64,000 bases of DNA from Spizellomyces punctatus DAOM BR117 (lineage: Eukaryota): the NCBI GenBank assembly GCA_000182565.2, contig KQ257461.1. One strand, given 5' to 3'. The position numbers were made by a program, and so were the translations under genes. How positions within the stretch are numbered: the stretch's first letter is position 1; each line of letters opens with the position of its first letter. Shown here in pieces: positions 12,139 to 24,971 of this stretch. A model generated the notes under the pieces. That model was not told the origin of the DNA and searched no databases. It worked only from the letters and a program-made list of their open reading frames with translations.

Positions 12139-13245
12139 ATGTCTATCACAGTTGGCATCATTGGCGCTGGACTCTCTGCTCGTACCTTCCATGCACCCTT
12201 CATCACAAGTAGCCCCCATTTTCAACTCAAAAGCTTTCTTCGAACCAAAGCGGATCCCGTCCCATCTTTCGAGAGCATCCCCGTCACAACTGACTCGAAT
12301 GATTTCTTAAAGTCTGTTGATCTGGTTATTATCACATCTCCAACGTACCTTCACTATCAGCATGCCAAGCAAGCTCTCGAAGCTGGCAAACATATCATTG
12401 TCGAAAAGCCTTTTACGGCAACATATGCTGAAGCCCAAGAGTTGATCTCATTGGCAAAGGAAAAGAAGAGGGTGTTGGCCGTATACCAGAACCGCAGATG
12501 GGATGGAGACTTTTTAACGGTTGCAAAGCTATTAAATGATGATGCCTTTGGACGTGTTGTGGAGCTTGAGAGTCGGTATGAGAGGTTTAGGAATTTTGTA
12601 AAGCCTGATGCATGGAGGGAGGAGGATTACCCTGGAAGCGGGATCTTGTATGACCTAGGTAAGGTCCGCTCACATTTCTGTTTCTTCTGCGACATGGTTC
12701 CTCAAACGAACAAACAAAAAGGCTCCCACTTGATCGATCAAGCCATCACCCTCTTTGGACCACCCACTTCCATCACAGCGTTCATTCGAAATTTTCGCCA
12801 GCTGAGCGCCCCAACTGACGACGCGTTCACCATCAACCTTCACTACACAGTGCCCCACCCAAAGCTCGTTACGCTCAAATCGACCATGCTGGCAGCCCAT
12901 CCTGGTCCCCGTTTCACCGTCCATGGAACAAAGGGAACGTTCATTAAACACGGACTAGACCCACAAGAAGGTCAACTACGTTCCGAGATCCTACCGACAG
13001 CTCCCGAATTCGGTGCCGAGGCCGAAAACATGTATGGTGAGATGTGGACACCGGATACACCCGCCCCAACCAAAATCGAAACGATCAAAGGAGCCTATGC
13101 GGATTTTTTTGAGAATGTCGCTGAAGCCATACGTGCTGAGTCGAGTGAGGCATTGGTCGTGAAGCCAGAGCAGGCTGCTGTGGTCATTAGAGCTATCGAG
13201 TTGGCTCAAAAGAGTTCCGCTGAGGGCCGGACCATCCTGTTTTAA
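12139..13245 (+). CDS. Gfo/Idh/MocA family NAD(P)-dependent oxidoreductase (IolW/YdgJ-like); in-frame intron 12659-12721
   Basis: VGIIGAG Rossmann motif, GKHIIVEKP and YQNRRWDGDF; YDLGSHLIDQ appears after splicing. Confidence 0.92.
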   Translation: MSITVGIIGAGLSARTFHAPFITSSPHFQLKSFLRTKADPVPSFESIPVTTDSNDFLKSVDLVIITSPTYLHYQHAKQALEAGKHIIVEKPFTATYAEAQELISLAKEKKRVLAVYQNRRWDGDFLTVAKLLNDDAFGRVVELESRYERFRNFVKPDAWREEDYPGSGILYDLGKVRSHFCFFCDMVPQTNKQKGSHLIDQAITLFGPPTSITAFIRNFRQLSAPTDDAFTINLHYTVPHPKLVTLKSTMLAAHPGPRFTVHGTKGTFIKHGLDPQEGQLRSEILPTAPEFGAEAENMYGEMWTPDTPAPTKIETIKGAYADFFENVAEAIRAESSEALVVKPEQAAVVIRAIELAQKSSAEGRTILF

Positions 13246-13568
13246 AGATACTGGGACTTTGTATAGTGTGTCTAGCAAGAAATGAAAGGAGCTCATGAGG
13301 TACTGTTTAAATAGTTAATACTTGTATAATAATGAAGAGTTTAAAAATGCATTGTAGTGTCGAACTTGAGCTTTTGCCTACCTCACAGCTTTAACGTAGC
13401 GCTTGCAAATCTTGATCAATGTTCAGCGCGATCGAGCAGCAGGATACTGCTGGTAATCGTTTGATGAGCATGGACAAAACTGGCTGTACCCAGTGGAACC
13501 TAATACTAGACGGCCCCCAACACACAGGTATCAACTTGGAACGTTGACCTTTACAAAGACACAGTGTT

Positions 13569-13810
13569 TGGTGTATCTCCCTTCTGCTGCCTTTACGACA
13601 AAATCTCCAAAAAATTCGTTTGAGCAGGACCAATAACCGTACCAAAATATATTCTCTTTATTGTTTGAACCTCACAGATTGTATAACATATACGCAAACC
13701 CCATTCTCAGCCTTCCCTGTTCGCAACGCTACCACTGACACTACAACCTACCCTACGACCTGCATTTATCTGCACAGCCCTGCAAAGTGTACAAAAAAAA
13801 CCCCCAATGC
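13569..13810. repeat. ~240-bp element immediately 3' of the FAD oxidoreductase gene, duplicated at 19090-19324
   Basis: Near-identical core ttctctttattgtttgaacctcacaga...cattctcagccttccctgttcgcaac...atttatctgcacagccct, with AATAAA on the minus strand. Confidence 0.9.
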
Positions 13811-13831
13811 ACATCATACATCCACATCCAC

Positions 13832-15107
13832 CTATTCGTCAACGGCAAAGACTCCTCCATCCATGATCCCACTTACATCAATCCCACACGTCACTTGCCC
13901 ACTCAGAACCAATTCACTGATCACCATCCCGGTTCCAGGTCCATTCAGTATTCCCCAAACTGTATGTCCCGCCGCTACATATACATTATCGTATCCTTTT
14001 ACGCGTCCCATCACGGGCACATTTCCCGGCGGTACGGGAACGTAGCATGCTTGCTCGGCTATGACGGGACATGCAGCAACATCAGGGATGACTTGCGCCG
14101 CAAGTTTTTTGAGTTCCTCCATGTCGGCAGGGGAGGGCGCAACATCAGCGGGAGAGGGTGGTAGTGTATCGGGGGTGATGCACTCCCCGCATATGTACAC
14201 GGTTCCGTCGGGTCTTGGGTATATTTCTGGCGAGGCTACCTTGCCCTTCATCGAAATCTGGGTAAAGATGGCATGAGGAGAGACCATTTGCGGGAGATCG
14301 GATGTCTTAAAGACAATACTGGGAGCCTTGAATCCGTTTATGGATGATGGGATGTTGGGTATCCAGGCTGATGCCGTCCCCGTCCAAGGTCCCATCGCAA
14401 TGATGATATCGGTGTAAGTCATGGTTTCTTCTGCGGTGGAAGCGTCTTTTGGAATGTAGTGGATTGTATTTGTAGATGTGTCAATGTTGACTACTGTCCC
14501 GAGGACCAGTTGAGCTCCATTTTTGACTGCGTCGTCCATCAGAGCGTTCATTAAGAGGCGTGGATGTCTGACAAAACCGAGATGGGTCAGTCTCATAAAA
14601 CTCACGCTGGCCAAGGCCCAACAAGCAACGCCCTGCAAAATTTAAACACTGTACTTACACTTGAGCAGTATTCGACGTTGTCCCCATAACACTGACACGA
14701 GAGACCTTGTCCTGATTCAACCACCACACGCTCTTTTTTCCTCCTCTCTCACTGAAAGCGACATGCAAGGTGTCCATTGGCCTATATCCGTAATCCACAT
14801 TAAGCAGCTTGGCTAATTCTGCGTGCCGCTTAAAAGAAGCACGAGCAAGAGATTGGAGGGGTGTCCCGTCTGACCAATCTTGTGCCAAGAATCCGCCTGC
14901 CTTTCCTAATAATTTCAAAAAGTATTATATGAGCTGGAAAACTCAAAGAAACACAAAACGGAACTTGCCTGACGCAGCGCATGCAACGCCCTCTCTGTCA
15001 ATGACAATGACTTTATCCTTGGAGGCATCAAAGGATGCGTGATGAACAAGGTGGTAAGCAATGTTGGAGCCAATGCTCCCAGCACCGACCACGACAATGA
15101 CTCTCAT
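13832..15107 (-). CDS. FAD-dependent oxidoreductase, DAO family (TDA3-like); exons 15107-14969, 14905-14659, 14567-13832
   Basis: VVVGAGSIG FAD motif, ASGKAGGFLA, TAQVHP, PEIYPRPDG and GHTVWGILNGPGTG. The first intron is GC-AG. Confidence 0.9.
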
Positions 15108-15653
15108 GATGCAGAGGGCAAAAAGCAACACACTTGGAACGTTGCGCGTTTATGTCACAAAACACGTGAGTACATGTGATGAGAATGACATAATCAATTA
15201 TGAAACTTTAATTAAATGAAATGTGGCTTAATTTCGGTTGCCGATTTGAAGCGAGATCGCGAGTCTTGGTGTTCTTTTGAACACTTGCAAAAGATGAAAC
15301 GCACGCTTGAAAATGGCCCGTAGGTCCCAACGCTCCAAAACACTTGTTGGTGCAAGGGAACTTTCAGTTAAGAAATTCTTAACGATTATTCGGGTTCAGA
15401 AGATTGGTGAAGGATGGGAACTCTGCAGTGTTCAAAAAGATTGAATTAGGAACAAGAACCTTTCACGGATTTTGATGCCGACACAAGATTTTTTTTTTAT
15501 TTTTTATTGTTGTCTTTTTGACAGTTGGACGTCCCATCTCGTCGTGTGTTGCTTCAGCCGCCGTTTCTGCTGTTAAAGGCCTCGCCGCCCGTTGCGTTTT
15601 GTCTTTTGACTTGCGCGGGACTCTCTCGCTCCTCCTTCTTTTATATTTCAACG

Positions 15654-17249
15654 ATGGGATTAGGAAAACTCTTATTTCCTGCACAAAAGCGCGGGGGAGA
15701 CAGGGATATTAATGAACCAGTGATCATGGTGGAAGACGGCGGGAACAGACGCACCAACTCAACCTACGTGGAAAAGACCGTGCCGTTACAGTTGGAAGCC
15801 GCGCATGTGGACCTGCTCGAGGATATTTTGTCGACTTTCGACGGATTAATGGCAAACGATATGTCAGATGGTCAAAAAGGTAAGCGCCATTTGTGTGTTC
15901 TCGAAAGTTCATGTTTACCCACACTTGTCTTTCTTGCAGACCCAACACCTCCACCCCGCGCTCCTCAAAACCGGTCGCAACCCAAACAGCAACATGCATC
16001 TCTTAAGGAACCGCCAAAGCACGGCTCGGCCTACACGGCCCATATCCACAAAGTTGGAGCCAGGAGGGATTCGCTCACTACGTCAACGCTTTTGCGTTCA
16101 TTGAAAAAAGATCTATCTCAGACTAATACTCCAGGAGACAACATCGACCCTGATGCAGATATAAGAGGAGATTATTTTGGCAGGTGGAAGGGTTTGGGCG
16201 GCGTCGCTGCTCCCAAAGTTTCCGTCAAGGCCTTCTTGTCCAAATGCAATACAAGGGCAGCTGATGCCGCTCCGCGCGCATTCAACCGTGCATCCAAGCG
16301 TGGGCCACGAGATGTACCTGCATCGTACTCTTCGGATTCGGAATCAGATTTTTCGGGTAGCGATAGCGATAGTGACACTCCAGTCTGGATCGCTGTAGGC
16401 GGCCGACGAGGATCGACATTGCATCCTGGATCAGCGGATGGAGTAAATGCACCAAGAGGCCGTGCGGCACGAAAACTTGCCGTGCAATACGCAGTATCAA
16501 AGCGAAGTCCAGTAACGGCTCCCAACGAGGAACCGTCCAAGCCGGTCCCCCCCGCACGTCGGTCGTCGTTCTTCCCGTCGCCACCAAGCAGCACCCCCGC
16601 ATCGTCGGCAGGTTGGACTCTGGCCAAACCAGAAGATGGTGTAGTCCCTCTCCAGGCCGGTTCCGGTTGGGTTGTATATCCCCATCACCCATCACAGACC
16701 GTTACACCGCCCGCGTCACCTCATCTCCCTACAACCTCCCTCCAATCTACGACGCCTCTTGTCACTGTCTTTCCTGGATACCAGCCAACCGCTGGCATGG
16801 ACCCAACGCCCGCGACTACACCAGGACAAATCGACTCTTCTCAAGACCCGCAGCAACATCAAGATCAACACCAACAGCAACAGCAATTGTGGGCCATGTA
16901 CATGCAACAACAACAACATGAGCAATACCAACAACAGTATTATCAGCAATATCAACAGTATTACGACCAATACCAACATGCTTACGATCAATACTACCAA
17001 GACCAGTACCAGCAACAATCGTATGCAATGTACTATCCGGTTCAATACTACTCGGCTGTTCAAACACCCGCCCAACCACCCTCACAACCCAAACCAAAAA
17101 AGAAAAAGGACAAAAAGACGAAATCTACGCGGAGTCAAAGCAAGTGTCGTCCGAGAAAACCACTTCAAGACGTCCCGGAGGAGAAGGGTGTGGCTGCTCA
17201 TGGCGAGCAGCCTGAGGATAATGCCGAGAGTGATGGATGTAGTGGCTAG
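15654..17249 (+). CDS. Low-complexity Pro/Ser- and Gln/Tyr-rich hypothetical protein; intron 15880-15939
   Basis: Long ORF with a GT-AG intron, a QQYYQQY tract and a basic PKPKKKKDKK cluster. Confidence 0.7.
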   Translation: MGLGKLLFPAQKRGGDRDINEPVIMVEDGGNRRTNSTYVEKTVPLQLEAAHVDLLEDILSTFDGLMANDMSDGQKGKRHLCVLESSCLPTLVFLADPTPPPRAPQNRSQPKQQHASLKEPPKHGSAYTAHIHKVGARRDSLTTSTLLRSLKKDLSQTNTPGDNIDPDADIRGDYFGRWKGLGGVAAPKVSVKAFLSKCNTRAADAAPRAFNRASKRGPRDVPASYSSDSESDFSGSDSDSDTPVWIAVGGRRGSTLHPGSADGVNAPRGRAARKLAVQYAVSKRSPVTAPNEEPSKPVPPARRSSFFPSPPSSTPASSAGWTLAKPEDGVVPLQAGSGWVVYPHHPSQTVTPPASPHLPTTSLQSTTPLVTVFPGYQPTAGMDPTPATTPGQIDSSQDPQQHQDQHQQQQQLWAMYMQQQQHEQYQQQYYQQYQQYYDQYQHAYDQYYQDQYQQQSYAMYYPVQYYSAVQTPAQPPSQPKPKKKKDKKTKSTRSQSKCRPRKPLQDVPEEKGVAAHGEQPEDNAESDGCSG

Positions 17250-17402
17250 TCGAGAAGGAGGCAAAAGCACACTTGTATATAGTATATTCATATCATCTGC
17301 TTTCAATATATCACGTGCAAACAATCGCGATCATTACATAACCCTTGGCCGACACCCATCCGCAACGTCAAAACGACTGATGTGTTTTCCAAGAAGATAT
17401 TC

Positions 17403-17830
17403 CTACACGGTACCCCCTCCCTCACGGGTAATCCAAGGGGCGGCCGGGGATAGCTTGGTGAAGGACCGCTTGGAGAGCACTGCAGACATGAAGAGATACC
17501 AAATGTGAATAAGTAAATCACTTGAATGATTAACTTGGGCAATTTAAAGGTACCTCTGTGCTCTAATGTGTTCTCATCTTCCACGACGTACACGGGCGAA
17601 TCGTCAGTGACGATTCTGTCGGCTCGAATGTAGTCGATTGTGCCTACGTGCAGGATTTCCCCTCGCGAGGGGCCTTCGGGGGTGGGATAGTCCACCCAAT
17701 TGCCGACAACAGGGGTCCCTTTCACAACTTTCGCAATGGGCTGGGGGGTTCTGGTGGGCTGCCAAACAAAAACGTTTGCACCCGTCTGGCAAAGCGCGTA
17801 GTGCGGCGGATTTGTCGGTCCATCCACCAT
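17403..17830 (-). CDS. Small hypothetical protein with a possible Tudor-like (Hva1/DUF2945-like) domain; one intron
   Basis: RGEILHVGT...DDSPVYVVEDENT pattern. An intron at ~17553-17480 yields the C-terminus VLSKRSFTK...GGGTV*. Confidence 0.5.
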
Positions 17831-19089
17831 TCGATGCGGTAACGAAGCTTGTACTGGGGGTCAGGTTGGGCGGAACGAGGCGTTGCTTTGTGGTGTGTGT
17901 GTGCGTTGGAAAGAAATAGAAAAGTCAACTGTTGGGTCTTTGGGAGGACGAGGAGCGAGAAAGCTGTGAATTGAGATGTCGACCTTGGCTTCTGTTGGCT
18001 AGAATTGGTTATGACTGGTTATGACATGACTAGTGTTGAGCCCCGCTGTTGCATGCAATGCACTTTGACAAGAAGACCCAAAATATAATAGGACAGAAGG
18101 CAAATACACAAATGCAAGTATATTGTTACTTTTATCCTATGAAGCATTTGTCTATACGCTATATCATGTGTATGCCCCGGCAAAAAGTCTTTTATTTTCA
18201 CTACATAGCACGTATTTTTAAACCACTATGAGATCTAACATGGCGAAACTGCTACGTATAACTGCCCATGTAAAGAGACCCACGGTAAAAACACGTTCAT
18301 AGTTCATGGCTCCTAGACGTTGTTGATTATGTAGCAGATAGAGGGAAACAAGGCCGCGGGCCAGGGCTTTTGCAATGCGGCCGAACCATCGTTATCCCTT
18401 CTATTGGTAATTAGGATGTATGGCATTCCAACGCTCTGGATTCCAGGCCAAGTACTGGACTCTAGCGATTATACAAGACTTGGTAGCCGGCTTTTAGACC
18501 AAGGCGCAACAACATACGTGCCACGTTCGAAGAAGGTCACTAGGTTCAAGCGCACTCTTGTGAACAAGTTATTGGGCTTTGTTGAATACTATGTACTGGT
18601 ATGAGGAAAGCCCGAGTATATCAGGTTTTGTTTATCCTTGCAAGGAATCCCATTCCTTTACGCTAATGAAAGTACGACATCAGGACGGTAACAGTTATAT
18701 GCATTCAGTCACGTGCGTAGCATGCTTTTAGAACCAAAAATGACTCAACTCCTACGTAGAAGGTGAATGTCAGCAGATCACGGGACTGGGACGTTTTCTA
18801 TAATACAACTCGAGTCAAGGTATTTAATAGCAGAACCACACCAGCGTTGGCGTTACCCAGGTTTAATGCCGCCAGACGAACAGCTATGAAATGGCGAGTT
18901 AAAGAATGCAACAACAACAACCCACAATGCAAGAAACTGCTTGGAACACTCGGATTTTGTCAGGGGCACGCAGCAAATGGATGGGATACCACATATTCGT
19001 CATTTAAATACATCAAATTCAAACCACTGCCATGTTTCTGCTCTGTCCGACCGTTAAATACGTCGACTCGAGCTGTATTATGAGATAGC

Positions 19090-19324
19090 TTGGTATATCT
19101 CCCTTCTCTTGCCTGTATGATGAGATATTCAAAACTCGGTTAAGCAGGACCAATAGCAGAATATTTTCTCTTTATTGTTTGAACCTCACAGATGGTATAA
19201 CATATATACGCAAACCTCATTCTCAGCCTTCCCTGTTCGCAACCCTACGACTTGTGCTACAACCTACGCTACGACCTGAATTTATCTGCACAGCCCTTCA
19301 AATTGTACAAGAACCCCCCACTGC
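19090..19324. repeat. Second copy of the ~240-bp 3'-flank element, downstream of the aquaporin gene
   Basis: Direct-orientation match to 13569-13810. Confidence 0.9.
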
Positions 19325-19385
19325 GCCCGCTTCTGTATACTACCCTGCGCAATGATATGTGGGTGCAATACCGCAGCTCCAAACC

Positions 19386-20714
19386 TCATACAGCCCTCTC
19401 CACCCCGGTGAGGGGCGAACTGTGCAGTGACTGTTCTGTCACGCCTTGGCCAGTACTACGCATCACGGCTGTACCGACTCCGAGAGGAACCCTACATATA
19501 TCTTCATTGGAGGCACTGCGATTTATAAACTCTGCTTCAGAGATGCCGGTAGGCCTCGACGCCAGAGCACGCTCCTCGGGAGTTGCTGATCCCATGTCCA
19601 AAGTAACATGTGAGGGAGCGAATTCCAGTCCAGAGTTGTGTGCTTGCTCTTGGCTGATGGGTGCTGATAAAAAGATGATCTTGTATAAAATTCCTACCAC
19701 TACGGATGCGAGGAAGGGGGAAACCCAAAATGCATAGTTGTATCGCCAAGTGTTGGATACCACGGCCGGACCTGTTTAAGCAAAAAAATGGGGTTAAAAT
19801 GAAGCGGTTTCCATCTACGAGACAATCACCAAACGAGTACGCACCAAAGGACCTGGCTGGATTCATTGATCCACCGGTCAAAGGACCCGCTAAAAAGACA
19901 CCAATTGCAACAGCAAAGCCGATTGGGATGGGTGCCAGAGGTTTGATTCCCGACGAGGTCACACCCGCATGAACGGCTGTGGACAAGACAACAAACAGTA
20001 ACATCGACGTGATAAAGAACTCGATCAGAATAGTTTGGAATGGGTTAATCCACCAGGTGGGAACGGTAGCTCCAAGGTCACCACCGCCTAAAAATAAAAA
20101 AGTTGAGAAACGTACGGCACTACACCCCCGAAAATTCAAAAAACTTACGTGACGCTACGCAAGCCTTAAAGAGAGCAGCACCCACAATCGCACCAATAAA
20201 CTGGGCGATCATGTACATGATGCCAGTTATGACTGGCATACTGCGAACCACCATCAGACAGGCTGTAACCGCCGGGTTGATATGACCGCCGGAAATGCCT
20301 GCAATGGATGCGACGAGACAGAGGATAGCGAGACCTTGCACGAAGCCGGTAATAACGAAATCGGCCGCTGTAGCTGGGGCTTCATTGCGTATGATGGCAG
20401 GTGTTTGAACAGAACCTATACCATAGAAAACCTTAGTATTAGATTCAACTCTTGCCACCATCCACCAAATGAAAAATATACATACCACCAACGAAAAAGA
20501 CAAAGAATGCAGTACCAATAAATTCCGCAACAACAGCTCTCCAAATCCTCGATCTAGGAACATGAACCGTCCCACGCATCGGCATTTTGAGTATCGTCAT
20601 CGGGTCACGACCTTGTCCTTGCACTTCATTGGGTATGCCATCGCCATTGGTATTGCCGTTCGTTGGCAGAGAGGTATTGTCGCGGCGGGGAGAGACAAGG
20701 TTCTGGATTTTCAT
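19386..20714 (-). CDS. Aquaporin (MIP family), multi-exon
   Basis: AEFIGT, SGGHINPAVT, AQFIGAIVG, IEFFITSML and TGGSMNPARSFG; two NPA boxes. Confidence 0.95.
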
Positions 20715-22222
20715 GATGCAAGTTCGGTATGGGCTATAATGTAATGGAAGCTTTTTAACCAATACAGTTCAATCTGAGGGAAGAATGCGCCAAAAGGAGG
20801 GCGATATTTTAAACGTATTTTTCAAGTGTTGACTTGAGGAGGGATGTGGAGAGTAGTGTGACATGTCCTAGAGGCATTTATACAAGTAGTTGATCCCATC
20901 AAAACCCTGCATTGTCCTTTGACCAAGCGACGAATGAACAGGTTGTGACATCAGCTTTCTTGTTCACAGCGATCTTTTGGCCCCTTTTGCATAGCGCTTG
21001 TTTGCTTTCGATCCTTCTTCTCCCTCCTACCAAATGGTGACAGCCCCCCCAAAAGGCTTTTCTTTGAGCTCGTGCCCTTTTTTTTTTAGTTTGTACATTT
21101 TATAGAAATAGTTAATCTTTTTTGTTGGTAGCAACTATTGGAATTTGGATATCGGTGTGTGTAATTGCAATTCAAGATGATTTTTGGGGGGGAAAACGTG
21201 CCCATACCCTTTGAACAAAATGCAGTACGTCATTTCTGACCCCCCTCGAGTTCTGTTGGTTGGTTGGGGGGGAGATGAGCTGAAGTTTCCTTTCAACAAA
21301 AAGTTCCACAATCCCGCGTGAAAACAAGAGACTTGCAAACAGCCAACTTGCAACAAAAAACTCGAAATCGTTGGAAGGGATCTCCAAACGACAGACAAGT
21401 ATGGAGGATTCTACCAAATACCTGTCTTTGCTTTCCTGCTGGGTTTCTTTCCCTCCTACACAGCGTCATCCTTACTCAAGTGTCATATCGTTATCAAACG
21501 ACTCGAGTCTTTTTGCGCATCACACACTTGCCATTTGGCTCCAATCACCAATGGACATTTGAACGATTACCTACCGACCTGCCCAGTACCGAAAAAAAAA
21601 AAACATGACTAACCCAGCGTTATCCTTGCTCGCCTTGCCAGAGAGACAAAAAAAAAGGCTTTTGGCTACCGAACGCAGAGTTGATTCACGTTGATTCAAT
21701 CATTCGACACCGTCCTTGGAATGGAGGCTGTAGAGACGAGCAAAACCCGCGGGAACGCCAATGATTCGTGGTCAGCATCAGGGTTGTTGAGTAAAGGGAA
21801 CAAGCTCAAGCCCATCGGGTGATAGCTGTGCATTGAATCCAAACACCTAGAGGGTCGACGACAAGCCCGATGCAGAACACTGATGGGACTGGCAGTGCAA
21901 CTCTAGAGGCTTTTGAGGCTGCTGCATTGTGATTTTCAAAGACGGTTCTTGCTGGCAACCACTCGTATAACAACTGAAGCACACTTTGCCAAAGTCGAGA
22001 TACTTTTATCAAAACCAATTCTTTTGAAAGGACGTCAATGAATAATTATTACTGAACCAGCCATGAAAGCAACAGGAATCAACAACAAAACAAAAAAATA
22101 TGGAAATCTAAAAAAAAAAAAATATTGGGGGGGAAATTTCCTACTGAACAGTCTAATCTCCCATTGTTGGTATATAATTACCCATTTTGCAAAAAACTCT
22201 AAACTCCCAACATTTTGCTTTT

Positions 22223-24230
22223 CTAAATCCCATGCACGCCCATCAGCCGATTCAGAGTCTCTATCATCTTGGAAGTCTCCTCATCTTCCTTTCGTCGAGC
22301 CTTTTGTGCCTCTGCAACCTGGGCCACGAGTGCGTCATGTTCGCGAATCAGATCGTCAATCCTAACATGAGGGATGCTGGCATCGGAAGATGGAGTGGGT
22401 GTCGATGACGTCCGTGGAAAAGAAACACGGGGTATGGATTGGCGGCTATGGGGCGCGCTGTGGGTTACGTAGTTTGGGCTAGCGAGGGAGGAAGTGGAAT
22501 GACGCCCCGATTTGAGACGACCGTGAAGCGGTGTGGTGGGTGTCAGATATGCATAATCGTGCTCGAGCTGTGGTGGTTGGTTAGCAGTATGGAGTGTCGG
22601 TAGCGATCCGGAAGAGCCCTGCGACAAGCCCAGTGGATACCCAGCCGATCCATACCCAACAACATGGTTGTCGAGACTGCCATATGCAGATATCGTTGGG
22701 GAAATGGGTGTCATTGGGGAGGGCGGAGAATTTGGTGTGCCGGGCGTCACAGGATAGAGTCCCGCGCTGAGAGGCTGCCTTCTGTTGTTGCTGTTGTTGT
22801 TGTTGGAAGCTGCTAGGTTTGTTTGCAGACGCATAGCGGGCACAGACCGCGTGCGACTCCGGGACATCAATAAAGGGTTAACTGGCAGAGGGTAGGGAGA
22901 CGCACGAGACGGCCCTGTAGTATTGACAACAACAGGAGATGTGGGGGCAGGTGAGGGGTGGCGAAGGATCTGCGGGCTCTGAGCCCTCAGAGTGCCTGCT
23001 GTGTAGGGAGTATAGCCGCCGCCCGGGACCATTCCGGTAGGAGGAAGGACAGTCAGCGCCCCGTAGCCATATGCTAGAGCTGCCGCTATATGTGGCGGCG
23101 TTTGCGTATATCCAGGGTAGATGAGGGATTGATGCGAACTGCCCGTATCAAAGTGTTGCGATGAGTTGCTTGACTGAGGGCTTGGAGGCAGCAAACCTCT
23201 ATTTTGTAGAGCCAAGTAATGGCTGTGATCGATCGATTCCCTGGCGGCCGAGTCAAAATCCATGAGCGCTGCACTCTCATCAAATTCAGCCAAAAGCATG
23301 GCTTCCACATCTTCGCCGACATCAGACGTTGACGTTGACAAGTTTGAAACTCGATCCGCTCCTTGAAGAGTCGCAGCAGCTTCAAGAGCGTCCACAAATG
23401 ATCCACCCACAAAGCCGTCCATCCCTATTCCCAATCCAGCTCCATTTACTCCTTCCTCCAAACTACTTTGCTCGTATATGCTTGATGAAGACGTTAAACC
23501 ATTCGTTAAACTAGCCAGACCATCCAGTGAACCGCCGTGTTGCAACATGCTCACATCCGACGAGCTATACGATGTAATCCGGTGTACCACAGATAATCCA
23601 CCATCCGCATCGACGGGACTCTCTGGTTCATCGTCGCATGGGCTCAACATGGGATCCTTTGCATTCACCACAAAAGCCTCGTTGATGGCAGTTAAAGACA
23701 GCCGCGGGAGTCCTGACGCAGACCTTCTGCGAGCATGTTGATTATTTCTGCGACCAGTGTTTCCTCCCCGTCCCCGGACCACCAAAGTCTTCCGACCTGA
23801 AACTAACGCTGGTGCCGAGCCATGTGAAAAGCTCCTTCGTAGCCCTCCACTGCTGCCAACATTCGTGCCACGGTCCGCCAATGGTTCCAACGATGCTGAC
23901 TTTTGAGATGCCACGGTTTGCTGCAACGGATCGTGCTCTGTTTCTTCTTCCGCCAGGTTGGCCATGGCCGGTGTAGGTGGAGGAACAGAGAAAAAGGCAA
24001 AGGATCCATGCTGACCATCTGTGTCGCCATTTGACAGCATGAATGTGTCGTCCATGGAGGAAGTGCTCATCAGTGACCCTGTGGAGCTCTTTCGCTCAAG
24101 GATATCTGTGTATTGGCACAAGGAATAAAAGTGCTTGGGTCAATTATCCACCGTTTGCATCCAATATCCCGCCAGTGTACTGCTCAAACCTACTTTTGGG
24201 TATATTTAAGCCTTCCACCAACGACGACAT
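22223..24230 (-). CDS. Ser/Pro-rich disordered protein with a C-terminal coiled coil; intron 24193-24106
   Basis: 632-aa ORF joined in frame by a short first exon MSSLVEGLNIPK. Heptad-like C-terminus (IDDLIREHDALVAQVAEAQKARR). Confidence 0.7.
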
Positions 24231-24971
24231 GAAATCGGAAAAAAAAAACTAGCTTGGACGAGCAACGAGTCTGAATACACAAAGTGATCCAAAAAGCAAA
24301 AGTATGATGTTTGGAGGGATAACAAGATAAAAAACCCTTGCCAACAAAAAGTCCCCGTCCCAGAGTAAATTTCAAAAAAACCTCGAGCGTCTAATCCATA
24401 TCCCAACGAGCTAAACATAACACAACGGGATCATGACAACGCCTCTGACTCTCTTGGGAAACCTTGACCATAAAACCGGCCACCAATTAACGTCGCAGTT
24501 GCAATAGTTTGGTTCTACCGGTTGTTTTCGGCGGATATGCACGGTATGGGATATCGCAGCTATCTTTAGAAGCTTTCATCCTGCAATGTCTGAGGCAACG
24601 AGTCGGAAAGAATAGTGATCCAAAGACATGTTTATTTATAGGGATCATAATGGCGGACAATAGCATCCGTGCATGTGAGGAAAACTAGCCGATGTCATCT
24701 TTTCCAGCTTACGTTTCTTCATCAAATCCCCTTTGTCTTTCAGAAGTCCAATGTTTGTTTAGTTTTGGCTGTCCCCTCTGTGCAAAGAAGCTCACGTTTT
24801 GCATCCGGAATTCTTGGTATTCCGATATCCGACTTTTGTATTCAACGCATTAAGTCTTTAGGAAGGGTACTTTCAGATCTGTGACGCTCGGGTTTAGATC
24901 TAGAGGGCAGGCCGTGGAAAAAAGGTGTGCCAAGGTTCAGAAGCCGTCCATATTTTAAGCTCGATATATAA

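Noticed and set aside
16672-17508. 278-aa Asn/Thr-rich ORF
   Set aside because: Alternate-frame shadow of the CAA-rich Gln/Tyr tract.
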